From Eledone cirrhosa (Eukaryota), in assembly GCA_964016885.1 (NCBI GenBank), contig OZ024740.1, positions 356,004,001 to 356,068,000 of the forward strand: a stretch of 64,000 nucleotides of DNA, read 5' to 3'. The translations under genes were made by a program, and so were the position numbers. Under the pieces are notes generated by a model. That model did no database searches and had not been told where the DNA came from. It saw only the letters and a program-made list of their open reading frames with translations. Position 1 is the stretch's first letter. Each line of letters opens with the position of its first letter. Shown here one piece after another: positions 1-12,407 of the stretch.

Positions 1-120
1 CACAATGACAACAAAAAATGCGAAGATCATTTTGTCATTGGCCACAATTTCAACTAACTACTATCTCAGGTTGATCACACACTATTTAGTGTATTTGCCT
101 ATCATGTGGGAGTGGTTAGA

Positions 121-663
121 TTAACCACGTCTAGACTAAACCACCTGGAACTGCTTCTGGTTTTACTATACAAAAATGTTTATTTTGAAGTATTTATATC
201 TATCTAAATGCTTCAATCATAATTTTATGTAAGAACATTTGTAAAGTTATCTTCCAAACAGCAGCTTCATAACGATAGAGTTAGTTATATTACTAATTCT
301 CTCCACATTCTTGATGATTTTCAAAATTATAGGCAGTGCATTTTATTACAAATATTGGAATAAAACGTTAAGGTAATGAGGAAATGGTGGATTGTATCAT
401 ACCACAATCATTTCCTTGTGAGAAACAAACTTAATCCTTTCATTACATTTCTCTTGAAAGTCTCTATATATAACTTTTAAATAATTTTGAAAATAATCAA
501 GAATTTGGAAAAAATTAGTTTGGAGTTTGGAACATAGTTTAACAAAGGCTCTTACATAAAATTATGATGGAGAGTTTTTAGATAAATATAAATACTTGAA
601 ATCAAACAGGTTTGTATCACAGAACCAACATGGTTGTAGGTGGTTTGGTATCAAAAGTGTTAA
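121..663. mobile_element. old piggyBac-like non-autonomous DNA element (MITE)
   Basis: Bounded by ttaacc...aaaagtgttaa. Internal similarity to 1840-2050, 26650-27240, 42703-42921 and 50337-50529, some of which have TTAA-CTCTTT...AAAGGG-TTAA ends. Confidence 0.4.
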
Positions 664-2099
664 CTCTCATACAGATCAATTCACCAAAGGGGAATTAGGT
701 ATTACAGGGTAGAAATAAATAGTTGCTGTAAGAGATAACATCACTGTAACAGTGGCAAGTATTTGTTTGGCTAACAGAGCTGAGTTCAGTTCATTAGCTG
801 ATGGATGGACTGCCACCAAATAGACACTAGATAAAGAGGGAGCCTTCATTTGTATTCTAACAAATTAATCTTATATGGGAGATACTTACTTTCTATTGTC
901 ATCACCAGCATCAGTGATATTGACTTGATAGAGGGTGGAGAAATGAATACAATATGCCATAGCCACTAAATCTCCTAAGATTAAACTGATAAATATCTTT
1001 TTGCATTCACTTACCTGAAAAAAATCTTCCACATTTTCTTGAGGTAAAAATCTTTAAATGCAAAATACTTTTGCTTCCTGGGCAGTCTTTACAGTCTACT
1101 TCTCTCAGTCAGTTAATACAGTCTCTCTCTCTCTTTCTCTCTTTATTACTATATGCCAGCTGCTGGAACTATCAAATACACACTTTGCTTCCTTCCACTC
1201 ACTGCCCATCCCTTAGCCAAACAGTCTGTACCAATCTGTCAGTAGGTAACAACTGCAGTAGCTCATTTGTACACCTGATCTGCAGTTAGATGGTCATCTA
1301 TCTTCATTTTAATACTAGTTGGTGGTGGTGATGGTGGTGGTGGTGGTTGGGGGGGGGGGGGGTCACTTTATCTTGTTGATTTTTAATCTAAGCTTGATTC
1401 TTGGCTTGTAGCACATAAATAACATTGGCATCATCATCTTCATCACAAACCACTATCACTACAGTTATCAACATCACTAACATAATCATTATCACATGGA
1501 TGTAATTTGTAGGGTATTTGACTATTATTTCTAGCAGTTTGAAGCAATGCCTTGAAGCAATTAGTAGTAGTAGCACAACATAATATGCCACTATATTCTT
1601 ATCACATCTCTATCACTACCCTCAATACACAAACATCCTACATCTGAGAGAACACCCATAAATCTACTGTCCAACACACAAGTTGTTTTAATAAATGGCC
1701 CTAATTTAGGTTCAATATTACAATTTAGCTTGGAGCCATTTATCATTTTCACAGGATTGTTTGATAGGTCCAGTCATCATCATCATCATTCCATTTTACA
1801 TCCGCTTTTTCCTTGCTTGCAAGTATATTTAAATTAATTCTCTCATTCCCATATTTCTAATGAAAGACACTGCATACGATTTTGAAAATGATTAAGAACT
1901 TGGAGAGATTTAGTAATATAACTAATTGTATCATTATTAAGCTGGTGTTTTTAACATGACTCAATGACTGTTCTTATATAAAATTATGGTAGAAGAGATT
2001 TATATAAATATAAGCTCATTAAAACAAACATAAAATCATGGGTGGTTTCTTAAAGTATGAATAGTTATATTGCAGCCTGGAAGAGTGTTGCTTTGGAGG

Positions 2100-2530
2100 A
2101 ATTTATTAGGTTTAATGTCAAATTCTGTGAAGCTTATTACATGCTAACCTTGCCTGGGCTTTTCTGGTGTTGAAATCTTTTCCAGAGTCCATGATTCAAG
2201 AAGCAAAGTACTTAAAATCATTAGCTCTCTTAAATTTGCATCTTGTACTTTGAGCAGACAAATTTGCTTTCATGGAGATGGAGGCCAACAAAAGCAGCTG
2301 TGTTTTAGAGAACCATGAGAAGGTGAGTGCATTCTCCATGTATTTTGCTAGAAGAATGATGTCAACAACAAAACCAAGAACTGTAAGATATTTGGAGGGA
2401 TGTCTTGATTTCAAGCAAGGTTTGATGATGATGCCCTTCTCAATGACAGAGTTTGGGAGGATTCTAAGAATGTAGTCTAGTGATAGGATGCCAATTTGTA
2501 ATTTGGACACATTATGGCTATTTCAGGATG
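2100..2530 (-). pseudogene. decayed non-LTR retrotransposon RT C-terminal fragment (CR1/L2/Jockey-like)
   Basis: Minus-strand frame (SKYLTVLGFVVD...KANLSAQSTRCKFKRA) loosely resembles the post-RT LG...W..HI...KA..KL..L.R region; heavily degenerate. Confidence 0.4.
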
Positions 2531-2791
2531 GATCCAATATAACAGCATTTTAAATAATTTAAATATAATGGAAATTACCCTGCAAAACTTGTCCAAGACA
2601 CAGGCCTCATGACCAAGTTCTTTCTGATGACCATTCTATCATATCCCCTATCATCACCATTACTACTACTACATAGTGTAAATGTATATATATATATACA
2701 GAGAGAGAAAGAGATAGTATATATTCACATATGCATGTATACATACATGTCATCATCATAATTATCACCATTAAAAATCCATTAAATGATA

Positions 2792-2880
2792 ATAATTGTT
2801 TCTACTTTTGGCACAAGGCCAGCAATTACCCCAGTACATTACTGGTGCTTTATTTTATCGATCCTGTAAGGATGAAAGGC
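2792..2880 (-). mobile_element. SINE family B, 3' fragment
   Basis: Matches the 3' half of family B (gcctttcatccttac...gataaaataaag...ggccttgtgccaaaagtagaaacaattatt). Confidence 0.85.
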
Positions 2881-3667
2881 ATGATGATATACTGCAAAGC
2901 ATAGTATCTGACGCTAATGATGCTAACAAGGATAGTCACTGATGTTCAAGAAGAGCCCCGAAAGGGCAGGGAGTACATCTTTCATCCATTTTCTTATTCT
3001 ACAGAGTGTATTGGGCGCATTTTATTATGGCACCAACAATAGAGAGGTTGTTGTTTTCGTGTCACAACTATAGAGTCATCTCTTTTCTTTTTCAGGCATG
3101 GTTTCCATGACTGGAAGTCATTCTTATCACCAACCACTTTACATTGAGTACTAGGTGCATCGTATTGTGGGACCAATATTAGGGAGTTTGTTGTCATCAT
3201 TGTATTCAATGAAAAGTTCTCTTTGCTTTATTGTGGTGGGGGTGGAGGATGATTACTCATCTCTCATCTCTATCTAGCCTGTCTTTCTGTCACACATGCA
3301 CACACTCTCTGTCTCTCTATCTCTAATCTCTCTATATATACCTATCTACCTATCTCTCTCTCTCTATATATATATATATATGTATATACACATAGGTGCA
3401 CACATTGAATCAGTAAATGTTTGTTGCCATTGATAGATCTACTTTAAGAGTATTACCAATTGAACCCTAACAAATGTGTAATTTTTTCCTACCTAGGGTC
3501 AGATATTTTTTTGACAGACATTTTGTTCTACAACCAAATTGCTATTATAAGATTCTTCTGTAGATTGAATCATATGGCTAGTTATCTTCTTAGGAAGCCA
3601 CAATAATCTCTGAATCAATGGTAATCTCTTATGTTTTTCTGTGTTCAAAGGCTTCTAATTCAAAACT

Positions 3668-3725
3668 ATAGTTATATCTACATAGTTATATCTACATAGT
3701 TATATCTACATAGTTATATCTACAT
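3668..3725. repeat. 14-bp tandem repeat (atagttatatctac) x4
   Basis: Four exact consecutive units. Confidence 0.95.
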
Positions 3726-4075
3726 TAAATTTGCCTAAAATTTTTTAACATATCTTATGATACTTTAAATTCTTAATTTGTTGAGCTGTTTGCACTGTGA
3801 CTGGTACATCGCATCTCTTTCTAGCAGACATGAGGTTCAGTCCTATTTATATCTGCTATATGGATCAACTATTTCTCAGAACATAGCAGATATAAAAGTA
3901 TATAATATTTCATTGGAAATTATAACAAGATTTTTCTCTGATGATTAGTTCCGCATCCGGAGCTATACCAAAATCGCGAGTTGGTAATCAATGATCGATT
4001 ACTTAGATCGATTTTCGATCTTGTTCTAGGATACAGTGTTGTCAGGAATATTAATTTTTCCACAGTAAAGTATAT

Positions 4076-4262
4076 AATTGTTTCTACTTTTGGCACAAGG
4101 CCAGCAATTTTCCCAGTGTATTACTGGTACTTTATTTTATCGACCCTGTAAGGATGAAAGGCAAAGTTAACCTCGGCAGGATTTGAACTCAGACCATAAA
4201 GGGCCGTAACTCTTTGCTGCAAAGTATGGTGTTTAACCCTCTACCGATACTGCCAATCCACC
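4076..4262 (-). mobile_element. SINE family B (tRNA-like head, MetaSINE-like core)
   Basis: Head with B box gagttcaaatcc; core ctttgcctttcatccttac.gggtcgataaaataaagtacc; TSD taaagtatataat at 4066-4078 and 4264-4276. Confidence 0.9.
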
Positions 4263-4355
4263 TTAAAGTATATAATGTTTCCTAAATAGTATATGCTTCT
4301 TTTATACATATGTACAAAATACTATGTGTTTCTTTAATCATATATGGCTATATAC

Positions 4356-4712
4356 ATCATCATCATCATTTTACGTCTGCTTTTCCCTGCTTGCAAGGGT
4401 GGGACGGGAACTGATTCTGGCTTGATTTCTACAGCCCTTCCTAACACCAACCTCATTTACAGTGAGTGCTGGGTGCTTTTTTTTTTTCCATGGCGCCTAC
4501 ACGTCCACTTTACAGTGTGGGCTGGGTGCTTTTTTTTTTTACGGTGGTACCTCCACGACCACTTTGCAGTGGAATGATAGGGACCCCAGTCCTATCATCT
4601 CATTTCTACAGCTGAGTAAACTGGAGCAACAACACATCACCCAGTTTGAGAATTGAACTCATAACCTTTCGATTGCAAGGCCAATGCTCTAACCACTAAG
4701 CCATGTGCCTCC
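4356..4712 (-). mobile_element. SINE family A (tRNA head, RTE-derived tail)
   Basis: Reverse complement of the 6901-7245 family with internal deletions and one extra tail repeat unit; (cat)n tail. Confidence 0.9.
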
Positions 4713-4876
4713 CTGTTTATGAATTTGAATTATATATATATGTGTGTATAGGATATATGTATATATCTGTATGTATATATGTATATACAAAGTGTGTAAA
4801 CATCATCATCATCGTTTAGCATGGAAGATGGACGTTAAACACTGATGATGATTATATGTATACATATATATATATA

Positions 4877-5277
4877 TCATCATCATCATCATCACTGTTT
4901 TACATCCGTTCTTTCATGCTAGCATGGGTTAGACGGGTTGTCCTGTTGTGGGCAGTGTCTGGTTGGCTGACCATGCCTTGCTCATACAGGAACTAATTTT
5001 GGCTTGATTTCTACAGCTGGATGCCCTTCCTAACACCAACCTCATTTACAATGAGTGCTGGGTGCTTTTTTTCCGTGGCGCCTACACGTCCACTTTACAG
5101 TGTGGGCTGGGTGCTTTTTTGCCATGGCACCTCCACAACCACTTTGCAGTGGGAGGGTGTGGGGCATATTGTCTATATGCTTCAGCTTGTACCAATGGGA
5201 AGTCGGGTACTCTGTATTACTGTGTGACGCCAGAGGTCACGGTCGTGTGTCATCGCCTTTGAGAGGTGTAATTGGGT
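4877..5277 (-). mobile_element. RTE LINE 3' end (same family as 19021-20386)
   Basis: Near-identical reverse complement of about 19985-20386, including the last codons and the (gat)n tail. Confidence 0.9.
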
Positions 5278-5297
5278 AAATATATATATATATCTAT

Positions 5298-5747
5298 AGC
5301 GAAATTTACTGCTAGAACATACCCGCAGATGCTAAAGAACACAAGACTTGTTGAAGAAGTAAATCCTTTGTTCTGTCATCAAAGACCATTAACTTGCAGA
5401 CCCCTGCAAGCGGAATTTGTCGATCTTGGATTTGCAGAAACCTAGCGTGGATGTTGTGTGCTGTATGTGATGTATATTGTATGCTATACGATAGGCATTA
5501 TATATTGCATTCGGTCTCAGCACTATGTCCAGGTCAGTCTAAAATCTTTTCCTGAGTCCAACGATTTTCGTTGCTGTGGTAATGCGGCCTGACTGCTGAT
5601 CGCTATATTTGATTTGCTAAGCTATCTAAACGTATTGTTATTACTCTGGGGTACTATTCCCTATCAAGTGCTAAAACTACATACCGAATTTGCATTCGTT
5701 AGCTTGGCCGCAAACTAAAGCTTCATTAATGCTGTACTAAAATTAGT
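5298..5747 (+). mobile_element. (TA)n-flanked non-coding element with a decayed HHR-like motif
   Basis: CpG-rich unique island between TA runs; ttgaaga-a-gtaaatcc...ggatttgc-a-gaaa (about 5351-5440), with poor stems I and III. Confidence 0.3.
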
Positions 5748-5762
5748 ATATATATATATATA

Positions 5763-6065
5763 TTTCGATGTAAAGTTATGTTGGTACCACAACATCCAGT
5801 CCTAAATAAATGAGGTTGTGTAGGTGTCACGACAAAAAAACACACAGCCCACGCTGTAATGTGGCCGTGTAGGTAACACGGTAAAAACCTCCCTGTCCAC
5901 ACTGTAAACATGGTTGGTGTTAGGAAGGGCATCCAGCCGTAGAAAACCCGCCAGGCAGTCCTATACGAGCAAGATAACCAATCTTGCCTCAAGTGGGAAA
6001 ATTCCCATCCAAACTCATGCTAGCGTGGAAGATGGACGTTAAACGATGATGATTATGATGATGAT
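5763..6065 (+). mobile_element. RTE LINE 3' UTR fragment (family of 20530-23399)
   Basis: Matches 23110-23399; ends in ggacgttaaac(gat)n. Confidence 0.9.
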
Positions 6066-6102
6066 ATGTATATATACATATACATGTACATATATATATA
6101 TA

Positions 6103-6318
6103 AGTGAAGGCGTGTGGCTTGTGGTTAGAGAATTGGATTCGCAATCGTGAGGTTGTAAGTTCAATTCCTGGTCCAGGCGATGCGTTGTGTCCTTCAGGAA
6201 AACATTTTATTTCACGTTGCTCCTTCTACCTGGAGTTGCAACTGATAGATAGTATTAGCAATTGGATAGACCAACGGAAACATTGTTTCCTCGGTCTGAT
6301 TTGACGAAAGTCGATCGT
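6103..6318 (+). mobile_element. SINE family C (tRNA head, non-RTE tail)
   Basis: A/B-box head and core related to family A; distinct tail ending gacgaaagtcgatcg; second copy at 17744-17948. Confidence 0.8.
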
Positions 6319-6412
6319 TCCTTCTATATATATATAATTGGTGTGGGATGCTTAAAGCGTCCATAAGCGGTAGGTCGTTTGAGCACTTGATGCTCTTACA
6401 GAGCAGAGTAAG

Positions 6413-6688
6413 ATATCAGATAAGAAACGGAGAAGTAGTGTTACAATGAATAAAATATTACAATCGTTTCTCTGGCAACCAGCTCGAGGCACGATCGATG
6501 TAATGATTGAACCTGACTCTGAAATCGCTAGGTCCTCAGATACGTCTCGACTGAGGACCTTGCGATTTCAGAGTCAGGTTCGATCATTACATCGTTCGTG
6601 CCTCGAGCTGGTCGCCAGAGAAATGATTGTCATATGTCTAATAAATTTTATTCATCGCAACACTGATATTCTGTTTCTTATCTGATAT
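6413..6688. repeat. fold-back inverted repeat in a (TA)n-flanked element (6338-6688)
   Basis: Arms of about 130 bp (atatcagataagaaac...gtcctcag / ctgaggac...gtttcttatctgatat) with an 11-nt loop; the right arm begins with CTGAGGA. Confidence 0.9.
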
Positions 6689-6706
6689 ATATATATATAT
6701 ATATGC

Positions 6707-6804
<98 letters not shown>

Positions 6805-6900
6805 GTGTGTGTGTATATATATAAATATATGTGTGTGTGTGTATATATATATATACATATGTGTGTGCGTGTGTGTGTTTATATATATATATATATATAC
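6689..6900. repeat. (TA)n/(TG)n compound microsatellite (representative of dozens in the window)
   Basis: Direct inspection. Similar tracts at 9535-9800, 23400-23555, 31952-32130, 32560-32730, 55815-56220 and 61490-61680. Confidence 0.95.
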
Positions 6901-7245
6901 ATGGAGGCACATGGCTTAGTGGTTAGAGCATTGGCCTTGCAATCGAAAGGTTGTGAGTTCAATTCTCAGACCGGGTGATGTGTTGTTTCCTTGAGCAAGA
7001 CACTTTATTTCACATTGCTCCAGTTTACTCAGCTGTAGAAATGAGATGATAGGGACTGGGGTCCATATCCTTCCACTGCAAAGTGGTCGTGGAGGTGCCA
7101 CGGCAAAAAAGTACCCAGCACTCACTGTAAATGAGGTTGGTGTTAGGAAGGGCATCCAGCTGTAGAAATCAAGCCAGAATCAGTTCCCGTCCCACCCTTG
7201 CAAGCAGGGAAAAGTGGACGTAAAATGAAATGATGATGAAATGAA
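6901..7245 (+). mobile_element. SINE family A, full length
   Basis: A box tggcttagtgg, B box gagttcaattc, core ccttgagcaagacacttt, 3' half homologous to the RTE 3' region, (tga)n tail; at least 7 copies in the window. Confidence 0.92.
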
Positions 7246-7251
7246 TGATAT

Positions 7252-7953
7252 ATATCACGATAAATTAACGGAGCCATAGACTCTCGCTATTCCCTGTCAA
7301 TAATGTGCTTGAAGGAGAAGAAATCCTGAGCTCTTTAAAATACATGGTGGTTTTTCCCTGTTTTATTGATAGCGCACCGTATCTCTCTCTAGTGTGTTAC
7401 CTTTTCAACATATTGTATTTTAAAGAGCTCAGGATTTCTTCTCCTTTGAGCACATTATTTACAGGGAATAGCGAGAGTCTATGGCTCCGTTAATTTATCG
7501 TGATATTTCGCTCCTTACAACAGTCTTTCCTCTCTCTCTGTTTGGTTGAGCACACCTCTCTGAGTGGTTTTGGGCTGCCCTTTCTAGCAGCTCGTCCCTC
7601 AGAGGCCACTGGTTCACTGCCCTTAAACATGCTGTGACTTCTCTCTCCCACGTGTAGCTGGACGGTCGCTTTAAATTCTCTTAGTGTTGTCTGAAATGTA
7701 TAGCCTTACACACGCTGATGAACCGGGGTTATTTCATTTCTGTCAACAACTTACTGGCAAAACAGATCTTTTTGGATTTGTACCTGTGTTATATAGTTAT
7801 AGAGGTATGTATTTACGCTTTAATTAATATTTTTAATTATCATGTGTCTACTCTGCCTTTCAGAGGTTATAGATTCCATACACTGGTGGTTTTTCCCTGT
7901 TTTATTGATAGCGCACTGTATCTCTCTCTAGTGTGTTACCTTTTCAACATATT
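7252..7953 (+). mobile_element. Penelope-like/retrozyme-like non-autonomous element: partial tandem with 5' inversion
   Basis: Direct repeat 7345-7414 / 7884-7953 (period 539); inverted arms 7252-7344 / 7414-7506; decayed HHR starting CTGATGA at 7715. Confidence 0.7.
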
Positions 7954-8121
7954 ATATATATATATATTAAAATCTCAAAACCAGATGTTGCAATGATATA
8001 TGTTATGTTGATATGCATATATGAATGTATATAGGTATACATGTATGTATGGTGATTTGTTTTTCAACATATTATATATATATATCAGAGCAAACATCAC
8101 GGACGCTTTATCTCAAAATTA

Positions 8122-8157
8122 TTTTTGAAAAGCATTAGAAATGCGCAACCGGTAAAA
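8122..8157 (+). ncRNA. minimal HHR variant (U3:A8 core), with A13 mutated
   Basis: ttt-TTGAAAA-gcatt-aga-aatgc-G[C]AA-ccgg-TA-aaa inside a (TA)n-flanked island 8086-8270. Confidence 0.5.
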
Positions 8158-8400
8158 CTTAAAACCAAAACTGAATACTAACCAATACAATTACTAATTC
8201 TCACTTATTCCTAATTAAACTATTTTTCACTGTGAACAATTTGTCAGCATTTTCTATTCCGTTTACCAATATATATATATATATATATACAGTATTTTCC
8301 GTAGTGTTGTAATATGAATATTACACACAGTAGATGGACAGCTCACGTAGAGTTTGCTCGACGGTTCCAGTTGTAGTTTCAAAAGTAATCTGGAGAAAAT

Positions 8401-8640
8401 AGAAGGATTTAAATGGATACAGTTCAGTTAAAAGGAATTTATTGACAGTGTTTCAATAACAGTTACATAACCTGAAAACAGCTGCTATCTACAAAGTATT
8501 AGTTATGCAGACATTCAATATTTCAAAATATTTTGAAATATTGAATGTCTGCATAACTAATACTGTTTTCAGGTTATGTAACTGTTATTGAAACACGTGT
8601 CAATAAATTCCTTTTAACTGAACTGTATCCATTTAAATCC

Positions 8641-8644
<4 letters not shown>
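8401..8644. repeat. near-perfect palindrome carrying an HHR 3' half
   Basis: Loopless centre caaaat|attttg near 8528; right arm contains GAAAC-ACGT-GTC-aataaa; flanked by (TA)n. Confidence 0.88.
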
Positions 8645-8676
<32 letters not shown>

Positions 8677-8949
8677 GTATAGATATATATATACATATCT
8701 ATTTATAATGTGTGTGTATGTGATAAAAAAAATGGAAACAACTAAGAAGAAAAAACAGTACAGTACAATGAAGACATATATTAGTTTAATGCTTGATATG
8801 GTAGGAAAAGTGTTTTAACCTTTTGGACACAAGTCCTTCGACAGGAGATAGAATGAGAAATAAAAGAATTGAAAAACAGAGGAGAGTGAGAAGAGGAAGT
8901 ACAGAAATAAAATATTTGGAAAAAAAGTACATGTGTTTTAAATCAGGCC

Positions 8950-9530
8950 ACCGCCACCACCATCTTCCTAATTGTTTAATGTCCATTTTCCTTGCATGCA
9001 AGAATTTGATGAGTTGTCTTGTTATGAGGTCAGGTCAGGGGATCACATCTTTCTCATAGTGTATTTTGGCTTGGTTACTATGCATGGTTACCCGTCCTAA
9101 CCCCAGCCATGTTACTGTCTTGACTGAGTGATTTTTATCATGACACCCAAACAACCATCTAACAGTGTGGACTGGGTGCTTTCTGACATCCCACCAGCAC
9201 AACCACCTTACAGGATGGACCAAATGCTTTTTTCTTGTTTCACCAGTAGCAGCCTCTCAACAGAGTGGACTGGGTGTGTTTTCTCAAAACCAGCATGACC
9301 TCTATACAGGGTGGATTGGGGGCCTCATGTCATATCACCAGCACAACCATTGTGAAGGGCAAATAGGGGAGGGGTAATGGGATTGTATGTGCAGGCTAGT
9401 GTCCTTAATATGTTTGTTTCATCCTGTGCTCATGGGAAGGTGGATCTTCTGCAGTATAGCATAATGCCAGAGGTCTTGATCCTGTGTCATCACCTTTGAA
9501 AGGTTTAATTGTGCAAGGTCAGCCTTTATG
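8950..9530 (-). mobile_element. older RTE LINE 3' end with multi-unit repetitive 3' UTR
   Basis: Minus frame [28 protein letters not shown] parallels the RTE ORF end at 19970-20082; repeated acagtgtggactgggtg units. Confidence 0.75.
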
Positions 9531-9583
9531 GTGCATATATATATAAACATATATGTATTTATATATATACATATATGTGTGTG

Positions 9584-9746
<163 letters not shown>

Positions 9747-9954
9747 CATATATGTATTTATATATATATGTGTGTGTATGTATATATATATATATATATT
9801 CGTTTTTTGTTTTGTTTTTTCACATTCACCATACATACATGTATACCTATATATATTCATATATGCATATCAACATAACATATATCATTGTAGCATCTGG
9901 TTTTGAGATTTTAAGCAGTTACTTTGTAAAATAAGAAGAGGTGAGAGAGAGAGT

Positions 9955-10016
<62 letters not shown>

Positions 10017-10959
10017 GCTGTAGTATAACTGCATTGATTTTTACCTCCATGTGTTTAGTTTTAGTTTTATATCTGGATTTATTCCTGGTTTTATGCTCTA
10101 AACTTTATTCATTTGTTTGCCATTCATTACTCTCTTGATTTTTCCATATCCCATGTCTTTTCTCATTTAAGATCACGTCATTAATTTAACGCCTATACTA
10201 CTTTGTTATGTTGTGTTTCAGTTAGGTTGCAACGACTTTCACTCGTTTCCTCACATTTATTTTCATTTGAATTTGTATTTATTCTTGGCAGGCAGTGGGC
10301 TAAAACTGGCAGATTTGATAAGAGTCTATCCTACCAGTAAATGAAGGGTCAATGCTTCACATTCCATCACTTTTATTGCAATTGTGTGTGTATGTATGTG
10401 TTTGGATTTGTATATATATGTGTGTGTGTATGTTGTGTGTGTGTGTGTGTGTATGTGTATGTACATATGTATGTGTACATAAGTATGTATGTGCATTTGT
10501 ATATATGTACGTACATTTCTGTATGTATGTATGTCTGTACATATGTACATGTATGTATGCAATCAAAGCTCTGTGGTTAAGACATTTTTTTACAACCATG
10601 TAGTTCAGTTCAACCCCACTGAATGGCAGTAAAGACCAGTATCTACTACTTTAGCCCCATGTTGACTGTCTTTTAAGTAAAATTTGGTGGATGAAAGCTG
10701 TGTAGAATCCCAACATCTATCTATCTACACAAAAAAACACACATACATAACACACTGTTATGCATGCACTGTCCTTATGAAAACATCTAATGAAGAAATA
10801 GTATATTGTCATAGGAAATTGAATCATATCAGATATTAGAAATTTAGTATCTGGTATCAGTAAAATAATCTCTAGTTCATATGCAGATATATGCCTCTTT
10901 AACAGAACTGTTGCCATTACAGAGTTTTTTGCACACAGAGGTGTTCCTAATCTGAAAAA

Positions 10960-11620
10960 AGGTTAGGAAAAATTTAAGATACCTGGTTCAAACCTCCGTT
11001 TTACCTGGATGTCTCTACCTACATTCTTTTTTTTCCTATCAGGCAATGCTTCCGAAACAGACATAAGTACCACATCCATTTTAATGAACATAATACTAAG
11101 GTTAGTTACTTTTGCCTAGACAGCCATTCTACCAACATCAGATGTGGTAACAAAAAGGGTATAATTCATACCAGATGATTTATTCTAATCACTAAACTGC
11201 AACTACCAAAATCAAACTAGCTGTTCACTGAAGGGATTCTGCATTTCCGATACTCTTGTCTATAAGGTGATTCTCATCCCTCCTGCTGGTATCTTAAGAT
11301 TCATGGGACTTACTGTCAATAATTTCAAGGGGAGATTTACTCTGCATCTGAACTCAGTCAGATCTAGTGTTAGGGAAAATATTCTACCCCTCAGTCCCAT
11401 TTTATTAGGAAGCTCATGGACCAAGGAAATGACCTGCCCAGTATAACCTGAAATATTCTTAACACAGCTCCTCCTTCTTCACTTAGAGCCCAAAACTGCC
11501 ATTTGTGTCTCTGTAAGAAATATCACATATTGCAACAGCTGCTGTATATTTTAACAAGAAAATTAAACTGTTGTACTAGCGTCATAAACAGAGGTTTTTC
11601 TTAGCTAACTTTAAGTCATT
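10960..11620 (+). pseudogene. decayed Penelope-like element ORF C-terminus (linker plus GIY-YIG endonuclease)
   Basis: Pieced-together frames WFKPPFYLDVST, HKYHIHFNEHNTKVSYFC, CNYQNQTSCSLKGFC..LVYK, FMGLTVNNFKGRF..H, NCHLCLCKK and FNKK...RHKQRFFLANFK match, in order, PLE motifs WFNPP, K+SYSC, CNC..CPL.G.C..VY, YIG.T..FK.R..H, C.LCL.EK and LNKR...CRH; stops and frameshifts present. Confidence 0.75.
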
Positions 11621-11910
11621 AACTGTAAATATCAATTGGCTTTTTATACAAAAAATAAATTTTGACTTCACCAGAATTTCAAATGAAAGCAAGGGTAACT
11701 ACTCCATTATCCAATTTAATTTACCAATGAAAATAAACTTTACAATCTTTTTATTTCACAATCAGTCTTATTCAGAAGATAGGATAACCTCATTACACAG
11801 TAATGGATTGTTCAAATGATCTAATGAGATTTTTTGCCTCGTTGAAAATTATAGTAATGTAAATTTGACTTAAACTGTTAATACATACATACACCCCTTA
11901 TCTATACATA

Positions 11911-11971
11911 TAGGAAAAAGTCAGGACCCCGACGGCTGAGCTCCGGCCGTTTTGACAGCTAGATCCAAACT
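11911..11971 (-). mobile_element. fragment of the HHR-bearing family at 31750-31951 / 33201-33403
   Basis: taggaaaaagtcaggaccccgacggctgagctcc...gacagctagatccaaact aligns to 31750-31812. Confidence 0.8.
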
Positions 11972-12190
11972 ATATATACATAAGTATGCACTCACACACA
12001 CACATATATATACACACATATTATATATATATATATATATATATACATACATACACATATATACATATACATATGTATGTACGGGTTATATCGAATATGT
12101 TCGATTTGTTTGTAAACAAACGGCCTGATTTGCAGCTGTGCAATGCCGGTGACCAATCGTCACCTATTTGTTCAACATTGGCTTTGAGGA

Positions 12191-12233
12191 ACAATCAACA
12201 TGTTTCTGGGTCATTACCCTTCATCAGAACTGT
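12191..12233 (-). ncRNA. minimal type I hammerhead ribozyme
   Basis: acagtt-CTGATGA-a-gggt-aatg-accc-a-GAAA-catg-TT-gattgt: 6-bp stem I (2 G-U pairs), 4-bp stem II, palindromic stem III AACATGTT. Confidence 0.8.
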
Positions 12234-12407
12234 ATACTTCTACCAGTCTATCGAACGGTTGAAAATATATAGTATTTTCTAAAGTACACATCGCCTGAGT
12301 AGTCTCATCAGCATACTGAGCGAGTTATGGCTGGCCTTGCCGAGTATTAAAAATAAAATTAGAATTTTATTTCTTGCCCTAGCACAGCTGATACATAAAT
12401 GTAAGTA

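Noticed and set aside
1000-1300. Minus-strand exon ending at cag|gtaagt (also donor-like sites near 30254, 46310 and 58720)
   Set aside because: Isolated splice-like motifs without a supportable reading frame or homology.
6545-6615. Complete HHR in the 6413-6688 hairpin
   Set aside because: CTGAGGA and a stem are present, but GATC replaces GAAA; not called as a ribozyme.
6901-6975. tRNA-like sequence with A and B boxes
   Set aside because: SINE head without a proper cloverleaf, continuing into core and tail; not a tRNA gene.
6638-6978. [10 protein letters not shown] and RERE ORFs here and throughout the track
   Set aside because: Translations of (TA)n, (CA)n and (GA)n microsatellites.
6916-7155. 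Recurrent 79-aa ORF MPFLTPTSFTVSAG... (also at 12422, 18597 and 36978)
   Set aside because: Antisense frame of SINE A; recurrence reflects copy youth, not coding selection.
9040-9360. CRISPR-like repeat/spacer pattern (also 16063-16520 and 20120-20230)
   Set aside because: Diverged tandem units of an RTE 3' UTR or a minisatellite; no unique spacers, no cas genes, eukaryotic context.
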